Positions 56,654 to 64,000 of a stretch of 64,000 nt of DNA are shown in pieces. The translations under genes and the position numbers were made by a program. Every line of letters begins with the position of its first letter. Position 1 is the stretch's first letter. The notes under the pieces were generated by a model. It ran no database searches. It saw only the letters and a list, made by a program, of their open reading frames with translations, and had not been told where the DNA came from. Source of the stretch: Eubacteriales bacterium (GTDB lineage Bacteria; Bacillota; Clostridia; Oscillospirales; CAG-272); NCBI GenBank assembly GCA_045132775.1, contig JBGUSX010000143.1, forward strand, positions 2,565 through 66,564, in the 5' to 3' direction.

Positions 56654-57016
56654 ATGAACCAGAACGATCAGCTTAAAGCACAGAAGATTCGCGCACAGTA
56701 CATTGAAAAAGAGACCACCGATCTTGACACACTTCGAGATCTAGACAAAAAGGTAAGACACCCTGCAGCAGCTTTTTCTTACGTTTTTGGCAGTATTTCA
56801 GCAGTAATAATGGGTGCGGGAATGAGCCTTGTAATGACAGATATCGGTACCTTTCTCGGTCTGACCGACACTATGATCCCGGGCATCGCTATAGGCATCG
56901 TTGGAATGTTCTTGGCGCTTGTTAATTACCCCATCTATAAAGGCATCCTTAACAGCAGAAAAAAGAAATATGGTTCTAAAATACTTAATCTCTGTGATAA
57001 AATTAACGAAAAATAA
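56654..57016 (+). CDS. Small 2-TM membrane protein, paralog of the previous gene (copy B)
   Basis: 120 aa with the same layout: KIRAQYIEKE..LDTLRDLDKKV.., two TMs, NYPIYKGIL and ..ILNLCDKI. Confidence 0.65.
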   Translation: MNQNDQLKAQKIRAQYIEKETTDLDTLRDLDKKVRHPAAAFSYVFGSISAVIMGAGMSLVMTDIGTFLGLTDTMIPGIAIGIVGMFLALVNYPIYKGILNSRKKKYGSKILNLCDKINEK

Positions 57017-57034
57017 TAAAGAGGAGAACATAAA

Positions 57035-57400
57035 ATGGCAGAGAAGAAAAACAAAAAGCCGCTTATAATAGCGGGAATAGGTGCAGGAGTTACCGCGGCA
57101 GCAGTTGGACTCGTCGCAGCATTCAAGAGCATGAAAGAAAGCGCAAAAGCACAGCACGAGGTAGATAAAGCGGAATTTGCCGCTGTAAAAGCAGAAGCAA
57201 AAGCAAGTTTTGAAGAAAACAGAGGTCGTAATACATTCAAAAAGGCAAAAGCTGATGCAAAGAAGACCTGGGATGAGGCACACCTCTCTCCTTCCAAGAG
57301 ATCAGAAAAAATGCAGAAGGAACGCGATGCAAAAAAGGCAGCAGCTGAAGCCAGAACCAAATCCGCCCAAGCTCGCTACGAGGCAGTAAAGAAAAAATAA
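57035..57400 (+). CDS. N-terminally anchored K/A/E-rich coiled protein (YtxH-like)
   Basis: 121 aa. It has the TM segment PLIIAGIGAGVTAAAVGLVAAF, then charged helical low-complexity sequence. RBS AGAGGAG. Confidence 0.6.
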   Translation: MAEKKNKKPLIIAGIGAGVTAAAVGLVAAFKSMKESAKAQHEVDKAEFAAVKAEAKASFEENRGRNTFKKAKADAKKTWDEAHLSPSKRSEKMQKERDAKKAAAEARTKSAQARYEAVKKK

Positions 57401-57416
57401 GCAATAATACAACATA

Positions 57417-57441
57417 AGCGAGGCGCAGAATGCGGCTCGCT
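57417..57441 (+). terminator. Weak hairpin after the YtxH-like gene
   Basis: AGCGAG-G-CGCA-GAA-TGCG-G-CTCGCT with a poor U-tract. Read-through into the ABC genes is likely. Confidence 0.35.
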
Positions 57442-57478
57442 CGTGTTGCGTTATCTATAGACTAAAAAGGAGTAAAAA

Positions 57479-58393
57479 ATGAACGCAATCGAAATCAAAA
57501 ATCTTTCCAAAAGCTTTCGTTCGATGTACGCGGTAGATCATCTCAATATGACCGTGCCCCAGGGCGCGATCTACGGATTTATCGGCGAAAACGGAAGCGG
57601 AAAATCTACAACAATGAAGCTTATCTGCGGTCATCTTGTCCCAAATAGCGGAGAGATCAAGCTGTTTGGCAGAGATTACACAGACCCGGGTGTCCGCGTA
57701 AGAGTCGGCGCACTTATCGAAAATGCAGGATGCTTCCCCGGCTCCAGCGTCTATCAGAATCTTATGATGCAATGTATAAACCTCGGTATTGAAAACCCAG
57801 ACGACGAGATCCGCCGCGTGCTTGAGATCGTACGTATGGAGGACAACGCAAACATAAAATTCAAGAGCTGTTCTCTCGGTATGAAACAGCGTATCGGAAT
57901 TGCTATGGCACTTTTAGGTGACCCCACGCTCCTTATTCTTGACGAGCCGATCAACGGTCTCGACACCGACGGAATGAGAATAATGAGAGAAATACTCGTT
58001 GATATCACAAAGAAATACGGCTGTACAGTTCTCATCTCCTCCCATATACTCGGCGAGCTTGAAAAGATCGCCACTCACTACGGTATCATCCGTCAGGGCA
58101 AAATGATCATGGAGCTCTCTGCTGAAGAAATGGACAACAGAGCCCAGGTATTCGTATCTCTCAAAACGAAGGATATGGAAGGTGCAAGATCACTTCTTGA
58201 GAAGGAATACGCAACCGTAAAAGAGGAAGACGAGTACATCCGCGTCTATGACGTAGACGACACCAAATCTATCGTGGAATATCTCATGGAGAACGGCCAC
58301 GTGGTAAGTGAGATCAAGAAGAACAAGATCGGTCTCGAAGAATATTACGTGGAGCTTATGAGCGCACAGGATACAGAAAAGGAGGTAAAGTAA
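57479..58393 (+). CDS. ABC transporter ATP-binding protein, BcrA/LanF-like (pair 1)
   Basis: Walker A is GENGSGKST, the atypical signature is CSLGMKQRIGIA, Walker B is LLILDEP and the H-loop is SSHIL. It has a ~90-aa C-terminal extra domain. Confidence 0.9.
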   Translation: MNAIEIKNLSKSFRSMYAVDHLNMTVPQGAIYGFIGENGSGKSTTMKLICGHLVPNSGEIKLFGRDYTDPGVRVRVGALIENAGCFPGSSVYQNLMMQCINLGIENPDDEIRRVLEIVRMEDNANIKFKSCSLGMKQRIGIAMALLGDPTLLILDEPINGLDTDGMRIMREILVDITKKYGCTVLISSHILGELEKIATHYGIIRQGKMIMELSAEEMDNRAQVFVSLKTKDMEGARSLLEKEYATVKEEDEYIRVYDVDDTKSIVEYLMENGHVVSEIKKNKIGLEEYYVELMSAQDTEKEVK

Positions 58394-58394
58394 T

Positions 58395-59231
58395 ATGGCA
58401 CACGAGATAACCTTTGAATCACCGAGCTTTCAGAAAAGAATAAAAGGAATGCTCGGAGTAGACTTTTATCGCCTCTTCCACACTCCCCTCTTTTACATAT
58501 TCCTTGCGATCGCGGCAATAATTCCCGCAATGGTATCCGCAATGACAATGATGCCCGATCAAAGCGGCAACACCATGGAGCCACTCTATTCAAACGTATG
58601 GCAGATCATAGCTGCTGAAGAATCCCTATACGTAATTCGCACAATCGCCGACTATGCAAATATGAACATGGTATTCATTTTTGGCGGTATAATGGTGTCG
58701 ATATTCATCGGACACGACTATAAGTCCGGCTACGTAAAGCAGCTCTTCACCACCCACGCAAAAAAGCAGGACTATATGATCTCCAAGAGCATCGTGTGTG
58801 CCTTTGCAATGGCATGCATGTGTCTGACTTATCTTATAGGCGGAACAGTCGCCGGAATACTCGTTGGCTATGATACTACAGTAAACATTGGCTCCTTGAT
58901 CATTGCAATTCTCGGCAAAATGATAATGTCACTCGGTTGGGCAAGCCTTTATACCTTCCTCAATATTATCTTCAGAAAATACTTTGGAATATCCATCGCA
59001 TCGTCCTTCTTCTTTGGCACGGGAATTCTTATCATAGGTGTTGCTGCAATAGTTGAAAATCTCGCAATTCCCACCGAATTCCTCAACATCTTCCTCTACG
59101 GAGCGTCGGTCAACGCGTGCCTTGCAAGTGATATCACAGCGCTCATCACCTGTGTCTCGGTTTCTCTCTCCTGGGCAGTGATCTACAATGTAGCGGGAAC
59201 CCACATCCTCAACAAGTGCGACGTATATTAA
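58395..59231 (+). CDS. ABC-2-type permease (pair 1)
   Basis: 278 aa with about 6 TMs. The ATG is 1 nt after the ATPase stop. Confidence 0.75.
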   Translation: MAHEITFESPSFQKRIKGMLGVDFYRLFHTPLFYIFLAIAAIIPAMVSAMTMMPDQSGNTMEPLYSNVWQIIAAEESLYVIRTIADYANMNMVFIFGGIMVSIFIGHDYKSGYVKQLFTTHAKKQDYMISKSIVCAFAMACMCLTYLIGGTVAGILVGYDTTVNIGSLIIAILGKMIMSLGWASLYTFLNIIFRKYFGISIASSFFFGTGILIIGVAAIVENLAIPTEFLNIFLYGASVNACLASDITALITCVSVSLSWAVIYNVAGTHILNKCDVY

Positions 59232-59290
59232 AAGAGGTCAGGCGCGAAATGAAATTATCTGTTATTATGAATTTGGGCTATTCGAGTCCT

Positions 59291-59313
59291 CTCTTTGCGA
59301 TCGACGCAAAGAG
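59291..59313 (+). other. Perfect 9-bp hairpin in the spacer between the two ABC pairs
   Basis: CTCTTTGCG-ATCGA-CGCAAAGAG with no U-tract. It lies at the 3' end of a possible 22-codon sORF (59249-59317). Confidence 0.6.
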
Positions 59314-59337
59314 CTGAAAGAAATAGGAGAATAAATT

Positions 59338-60237
59338 ATGAATGCAGTTGAAATAAAAAACTTATCAAAGAATTTCGGTGCCAAGCAGGCGGTTTGCGGT
59401 CTTGAAATGACTGTACCTATGGGCTCGATCTACGGCTTTATCGGTGAAAACGGCTCGGGCAAATCGACCACTGAAAAAATGATCTGCGGTCTTATCCCAA
59501 CAAGCGGCGGCTCAATAAAGCTCTACGGAAAGGACTATACCGATGCTGATGTCCGTGCAAAGATCGGAGTGCTCATAGAGTCTCCCGGATGCTTCCCGGG
59601 ACTCACAGTTTTCGATAATATGATGCTCCAGGCGGCAAACCTCTCGATAAAGAACGCCGAAGAAGAGGTCATAAAGACCCTGAAGCTTGTAAGAATGGAA
59701 GGCGCGGCAGGCAATAAATATAAAAATTGCTCGCTCGGCATGAAGCAACGAGTCGGCATAGCAATGGCACTTCTCGGAGACCCTACCCTCCTCGTCCTCG
59801 ACGAGCCCCTCAACGGACTCGACGCAGACGGAATGAGAATAATGCGTGAGGTCTTTACCGACATCGTAAAAGACGGTAAACGCAGTATCATCGTTTCCTC
59901 TCACCTTCTCGGCGAGCTCCAGAAGGTAGCAACTCACTACGGAATTATCCGTCACGGAAAGATGATCGTGGAAATGACTGCAGAAGAGCTTGACGCAAGC
60001 TGCAGAACCTACGTGGCTCTCCGTACCGACGAAATGAACAGGACAAAAATGCTCCTCGGATGCAAATACTCACGCGTCGAGGAGGACGAAGCGGAATACA
60101 TCCGCGTTTACGACATAACAACTCCCGAGGAGATAGTAACGTATCTCTACGAGAACGGAATATGCGTAACAGAGATCAAAACGGACAAGATCGGTCTCGA
60201 AGAATACTATATCGATCTTATGAAAGGAGGCAGATAA
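59338..60237 (+). CDS. ABC transporter ATP-binding protein, BcrA/LanF-like (pair 2, paralog of 57479-58393)
   Basis: It is collinear with pair 1 and roughly 60% identical by eye: MNAVEIKNLSKNF.., GENGSGKST, CSLGMKQRVGIA, LLVLDEP, ..KIGLEEYYIDLM. Confidence 0.9.
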   Translation: MNAVEIKNLSKNFGAKQAVCGLEMTVPMGSIYGFIGENGSGKSTTEKMICGLIPTSGGSIKLYGKDYTDADVRAKIGVLIESPGCFPGLTVFDNMMLQAANLSIKNAEEEVIKTLKLVRMEGAAGNKYKNCSLGMKQRVGIAMALLGDPTLLVLDEPLNGLDADGMRIMREVFTDIVKDGKRSIIVSSHLLGELQKVATHYGIIRHGKMIVEMTAEELDASCRTYVALRTDEMNRTKMLLGCKYSRVEEDEAEYIRVYDITTPEEIVTYLYENGICVTEIKTDKIGLEEYYIDLMKGGR

Positions 60238-60239
60238 GA

Positions 60240-61103
60240 ATGGATAACGCAGTAAGATTTGAAAAAACACATATTTCGCAAAGAATAAAAAGTATGCTTA
60301 AAGTCGATCTTCGCAGGATGATCAAATCAAGGCTTTTCTATATTCTAATAGCCTGCTCCCTTCTCATTCCGATAGTAATGACCGTAATGCTCTGTATGAT
60401 GGACGGACAGGTCTCAGTTGACCCCCAAACAGGCAAAGAGACGGTTATGGAAGGACCCGAGAGCGTCTGGCAGTCGATAGGCACACTTCCAACAACAAGC
60501 GTGCCCGAGGTCGATATGAGCAACCCCGACGCAATGGGCGGCATGGCGGCAATGGGCGCAGGAATGGACGTCATGGCAATGTGCAACATAAATATGATGT
60601 TTATGGGCGTTGCAGTTTTTATCTGCCTCTTCATTTCCGAGGATTTTAGAAGCGGATACGCAAAAAATCTCTTCACAGTACGCGCAAGGAAAGGCGACTA
60701 TGTTATCTCTAAAACCCTCTCGGGCTTCGTTTGCGGTGCAATAATGCTGATTATGTATTTTATTGGCGCACTGCTTGCAGGAGCGATCTCGGGCTTGCCA
60801 TTCGATATGGTGGGCGATATGACAGTCGCAAGCGTTGTAATGTGCATGATCGCAAAGATCTTCCTTATGCTCGTTTTCGTTCCGATCTTCGTTTGCATCA
60901 GTGTAGCGGCAAAACAGAAGGCATGGCTTGCACTCTGCGGATCGCTTGGCGCGGGAATGCTGCTCTTTATGATGGTTGGAATGATCACACCCCTCAATTC
61001 AACCTTGATCCACGTTATTCTCACGCTTGCAGGCGGTGCAATGTTCTCTTTCGGACTGGGTGCCATCAGTAAACATATTCTCAAAAAAACAGGCTTAGTA
61101 TAA
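60240..61103 (+). CDS. ABC-2-type permease (pair 2, paralog of 58395-59231)
   Basis: The start is at MDNAVRFEKTHISQRIKSMLKVDLRR, which parallels ITFESPSFQKRIKGMLGVDFYR in pair 1. About 6 TMs. The longer 60060 ORF is an out-of-frame overlap with the ATPase. Confidence 0.75.
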   Translation: MDNAVRFEKTHISQRIKSMLKVDLRRMIKSRLFYILIACSLLIPIVMTVMLCMMDGQVSVDPQTGKETVMEGPESVWQSIGTLPTTSVPEVDMSNPDAMGGMAAMGAGMDVMAMCNINMMFMGVAVFICLFISEDFRSGYAKNLFTVRARKGDYVISKTLSGFVCGAIMLIMYFIGALLAGAISGLPFDMVGDMTVASVVMCMIAKIFLMLVFVPIFVCISVAAKQKAWLALCGSLGAGMLLFMMVGMITPLNSTLIHVILTLAGGAMFSFGLGAISKHILKKTGLV

Positions 61104-61109
61104 AACTCA

Positions 61110-61137
61110 AGGCAACGCATAAGCGTTGCCTTTTTCA
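61110..61137 (+). terminator. Rho-independent terminator after ABC pair 2
   Basis: AAGGCAACGC-ATAA-GCGTTGCCTT followed by TTTTC. Confidence 0.9.
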
Positions 61138-61196
61138 ATAAAATAAGAGGAATTTTAAAAAAAATCAAAAATACAAACAAAACTTTAACAATTACG

Positions 61197-61205
61197 TGAT
61201 ATAAT
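61197..61205 (+). promoter_or_regulatory. Extended -10 promoter element P1 upstream of the response regulator
   Basis: TGATATAAT, part of the 11-mer TGATATAATAT. Confidence 0.45.
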
Positions 61206-61285
61206 ATGCAATGTGAAGCTGAACTGAGCACAACACCAATTTATTGCAATAGCTGCTCGCAAGCGAGCAGTCCGAGTCATATTTA

Positions 61286-61294
61286 TGATATAAT
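61286..61294 (+). promoter_or_regulatory. Extended -10 promoter element P2 upstream of the response regulator
   Basis: A second copy of TGATATAATAT lies 89 nt downstream of P1 and 42 nt before the ATG. Confidence 0.5.
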
Positions 61295-61335
61295 ATACCC
61301 GTAAAAGCCAAAATCCGCCCATGGAGGATGAAAAC

Positions 61336-62007
61336 ATGTTTAAGATCTTGATCGTAGAGGATGACAGAGACCTCAACCGCAGTGTCTGCTCTTTCCTTAA
61401 TAATTCGGGATACGAGGCAGTAGGTTGCCTCGATGCAGAAAGCGCATACGATGAAATGTATAAAACCACCTTTGACTGTATCGTATCCGATATAATGATG
61501 CCCAATATCGACGGCTTTGAATTTGCGAAAACAGTGCGCTCACTCAATACTGACATTCCGATCTTGTTTATGACCGCGCGTGACGATTTTGCTGCAAAGC
61601 AAAGAGGCTACCGCATAGGCATCGACGACTATATGATAAAGCCCATAGACCTTGACGAGCTGTTTCTGCGTATAGGGGCCCTTCTCCGTCGATCAAAGAT
61701 AGCATCAAGCCGCAGACTTGAGGTGGGCAGCTTTGTTATGGATGCCGATGAACGCTCCGCAACACTCAATGATGTGGAAATATCACTCACGGCAAGAGAG
61801 TTCGACCTTCTCTATAAGCTGCTCTCTTACCCCAAAAAGACCTTCACACGCACACAGCTTATGGACGAATTCTGGGACGTTGACACACAAACGAGCACAA
61901 GAACAGTTGACGTGTATATGACCAAGCTCCGCGCCAAGCTCGCGGATTGCGACTCATTTGAGATACAGACCGTCCACGGACTCGGATATAAGGCGGTAAT
62001 AAAATGA
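61336..62007 (+). CDS. OmpR-family response regulator
   Basis: The start is at MFKILIVEDD, 7 nt after GGAGGA. It has the receiver Asp context CIVSDIMMP and a winged-helix C-terminus (RTVDVYMTKLRAKL). Confidence 0.9.
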   Translation: MFKILIVEDDRDLNRSVCSFLNNSGYEAVGCLDAESAYDEMYKTTFDCIVSDIMMPNIDGFEFAKTVRSLNTDIPILFMTARDDFAAKQRGYRIGIDDYMIKPIDLDELFLRIGALLRRSKIASSRRLEVGSFVMDADERSATLNDVEISLTAREFDLLYKLLSYPKKTFTRTQLMDEFWDVDTQTSTRTVDVYMTKLRAKLADCDSFEIQTVHGLGYKAVIK

Positions 62008-63095
62008 AAAAAATAACCTTCAAAGCCCTACTTCGCGAATTCAGTGCATTCCTTCTCTTTTTTCTGACGGTTGGATTTGTCGTTTCGTGTTGTATGATGC
62101 TGTTTCTGAACGTGCTGTCAGACACAATGGGACTCGAATTCACGCCCGAAAACATATCCGCGGCGGCAAAGATCACCTTTGTCAACGTCCTTATCATCAC
62201 AGTGATTTTCAGAACGATAGATTTTATCCGTCGTAAAATAATGGTCGACAGACCCGTCAAAATGATCACCAAGGCCGCAGAGAAGATAATGAACGGAGAC
62301 TTTTCCGTGCGCGTAAAGGAAATGAACGGCGCAGGTATGGAGGGAATGAATCAGGTCGGTCAAGCGATCAACTCTATGGCAGAAGAGCTCTCAAGCGTTG
62401 AGATGTTGCGCACCGACTTTATCGCAAATGTCTCGCATGAAATGAAAACACCTCTTGCAGTAATGCGAAATTACGGAACACTATTGCAATCACCCGATCT
62501 TTCGGAAGAAAAACGGATCGAATACGCAAGAGCCATCACAGATTCATCTCGCCGCCTGGCAGATATGATGACGAATATACTAAAGCTCAACCGACTCGAA
62601 AATCAACAGATATTCCCCACCGTCACCACATTTGACCTCGGCGAACAGCTTTGCGAGTGCCTTTTGCAGTATGAAAGCACCTGGGAGAAAAAGAATATCG
62701 ATATCGAGACAGAAATTGCAGAAAACGTACTTGTAAGAGCTGATGCAGAGCTTTTGTCGCTGGTCTGGAATAATCTTTTCTCAAACGCGTTTAAATTCAC
62801 GGATGAGGGAGGTAAGGTGAGCCTTGTGCTTTTCGCTGATGAGGAGTACGCATCCGTAAAAATAACCGATACGGGATGCGGAATGAGCGCGGAAGTCGGC
62901 GCACATATATTTGAAAAATTCTATCAGGGCGATACCTCGCACGCAACACAGGGTAATGGACTCGGACTCGCGCTAGTCAAAAGAGTGGTTGATATCATGC
63001 AAGGCGAGATCGGAGTTGAGAGCGAGGTAGGTGTCGGAACGACCTTTACGGTTAAGATCAGGAGGGATAAAAATGGATTGGAAGAAAATCGGTAA
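62004..63095 (+). CDS. Sensor histidine kinase, intramembrane-sensing type (two TMs, ~20-aa outer loop)
   Basis: It has an ATGA overlap with the regulator gene. There is a HAMP-like linker, and the H-box SHEMKTPL, N-box NLFSNAFKF, G1 DTGCGM and G2 GNGLGLALV are present. Confidence 0.9.
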   Translation: MKKITFKALLREFSAFLLFFLTVGFVVSCCMMLFLNVLSDTMGLEFTPENISAAAKITFVNVLIITVIFRTIDFIRRKIMVDRPVKMITKAAEKIMNGDFSVRVKEMNGAGMEGMNQVGQAINSMAEELSSVEMLRTDFIANVSHEMKTPLAVMRNYGTLLQSPDLSEEKRIEYARAITDSSRRLADMMTNILKLNRLENQQIFPTVTTFDLGEQLCECLLQYESTWEKKNIDIETEIAENVLVRADAELLSLVWNNLFSNAFKFTDEGGKVSLVLFADEEYASVKITDTGCGMSAEVGAHIFEKFYQGDTSHATQGNGLGLALVKRVVDIMQGEIGVESEVGVGTTFTVKIRRDKNGLEENR

Positions 63096-63963
63096 AGCAC
63101 TTCTCTTTCCGCATATTGCGATAATGATTATACTCATCCCGATAGCAACGGCTTTACTTGTATGCTCAATGGTTTTAGTTGGAACAGAGTCGCCGATAGC
63201 TTATGTTTCCTACGTTTTAGCCGCATATACGTTGACAATATGGTGCTTTAAAATACCGAATATCATTAAGTTTTTCAAGACGTTCAAAGAAGAAAACAAG
63301 TACGCAAAAATGCTTCAAGAAGATGCCAGACTCCGCGTAAACCTTTCACTTTACGGCTCACTCGCCTGGAATGCCCTGTACGGAGTATTCCAGCTCTGGC
63401 TCGGATACTACCACAGTACCTTCTGGTTCTATTCTCTCGGCGCATATTACATCTGCCTTGGAGTGATGCGTTTCGTTCTGCTTTTGCATACCAGAAAATA
63501 CCAGCCGGGCGAGAAAATGCAGACCGAGCTTAAAAAATACCGCGCATGCGGTTGGGTATTCCTCGCTATGAACCTGGCATTGGCGCTGATAGTATTCTTT
63601 ATGGTTTATTGGAACAGGACCTTCGTTCACCATATGATAACCGCAATAACTATGGCTGCATACACGTTTACCTCATTCACCGTAGCCATCGTGAATATTG
63701 TGAGATACAGAAAATACAATAGCCCGGTCTTTTCCGCTTCAAAGGCTATCAGCTTTGCCTCAGCTCTTGTATCAATGCTAACGCTTGAATCAACGATGCT
63801 CACAGCATTCAGTGACGGAACAATGTCGGCAGTTGAACAGAAATGGATGCTCGGAGCAACGGGAGGCGGTATTGTCGCAATCATTCTTGCAATGGCAATA
63901 TACATGATAATCTCGGGCACTAAAAAAATCAAAGCAATAAAGGCAGAGGAAAATAATGGATAA
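63073..63963 (+). CDS. Uncharacterised polytopic (~8 TM) membrane protein, translationally coupled to the kinase
   Basis: The start is at MDWKKIGK after AGGAGGG, overlapping the kinase 3' end by 23 nt. I recognise no motif. Confidence 0.65.
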   Translation: MDWKKIGKALLFPHIAIMIILIPIATALLVCSMVLVGTESPIAYVSYVLAAYTLTIWCFKIPNIIKFFKTFKEENKYAKMLQEDARLRVNLSLYGSLAWNALYGVFQLWLGYYHSTFWFYSLGAYYICLGVMRFVLLLHTRKYQPGEKMQTELKKYRACGWVFLAMNLALALIVFFMVYWNRTFVHHMITAITMAAYTFTSFTVAIVNIVRYRKYNSPVFSASKAISFASALVSMLTLESTMLTAFSDGTMSAVEQKWMLGATGGGIVAIILAMAIYMIISGTKKIKAIKAEENNG

Positions 63964-64000
63964 TAATCAGGAAAAAAACGGATTTTCATACACCTATTCC
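63956..64000 (+). CDS. 5' end of a third copy of the small 2-TM protein family (truncated by the window end)
   Basis: There is an ATGGATAA overlap with the preceding stop. The visible 15 aa MDNNQEKNGFSYTYS match MENNTFSYQYS at the start of copy A. Confidence 0.4.
   Translation, partial: MDNNQEKNGFSYTYS

Noticed and set aside
60060-60239. A 5' extension of permease 2 (ORF from 60060) overlaps the last 178 nt of ATPase 2.
   Set aside because: The extension is Arg-rich out-of-frame translation of the ATPase. The paralogous permease 1 starts at the equivalent of MDNAVRF (60240), 2 nt after the ATPase stop.
1-64000. I searched by eye for CRISPR repeats, tRNA/rRNA genes, IS elements or transposases, integrases, phage genes, toxin-antitoxin pairs and known defence-system signatures.
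   Set aside because: None were recognised. There are no regularly spaced direct repeats, no transposase or integrase-like ORFs, and all ORFs over 100 aa not overlapping a better gene are accounted for. Short RNAs cannot be excluded without covariance-model searches (tRNAscan-SE, Infernal/Rfam).

Overview
This 64-kb chromosomal window appears to come from a moderate-GC, spore-forming Firmicute, probably Clostridia. The evidence is dpaA/dpaB, whiA, the TIGR03960/TIGR03936-type radical-SAM pair, GGAGG-type RBSs and many near-consensus TTGACA-17-TATAAT promoters. I call about 65 protein-coding genes. I saw no rRNA, tRNA, CRISPR array, IS element, prophage or recognisable defence system. From 0 to 47 kb the content is mainly housekeeping: PBP1A, ComEC, ACP, ispE/ispD/ispF, htpG, a phosphosugar mutase, dnaE, whiA, murB, coaE, prfA, the t6A genes (Sua5, tsaE, tsaB), a GyrA/ParC-like subunit, a prs-like gene, rhaB, dpaAB, hslO, rpiB and rpe. 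From 47.7 to 56 kb the content is carbohydrate/accessory: a cytoplasmic Asp-box (BNR) protein, a GH-D glycosidase and a DapA/NanA-family lyase in one operon with a divergent AraC regulator, then ansA, a 2H phosphoesterase, an SDR and a solitary rhaA. The most unusual part is 56.2-64 kb. It is a co-directional locus of two paralogous small 2-TM proteins, a YtxH-like protein, a tandemly duplicated BcrA/LanF-type ABC ATPase+permease pair, an OmpR-type regulator, an intramembrane-sensing-type kinase and an uncharacterised ~8-TM protein. A third copy of the small-protein family starts at the window edge. Other points worth a second look:
- a ComEC whose metallo-beta-lactamase motifs are degenerate, immediately followed by a metallophosphoesterase
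- a P-type-ATPase-like membrane protein lacking DKTGT
- a gene split at an A-run
- a prephenate-dehydratase-like pseudoenzyme coupled to htpG
- an operator-like motif shared by the unlinked rhaB and rhaA upstream regions
All functional calls come from motif and pattern recognition by eye on the supplied ORF translations and DNA. No database search or alignment was run.
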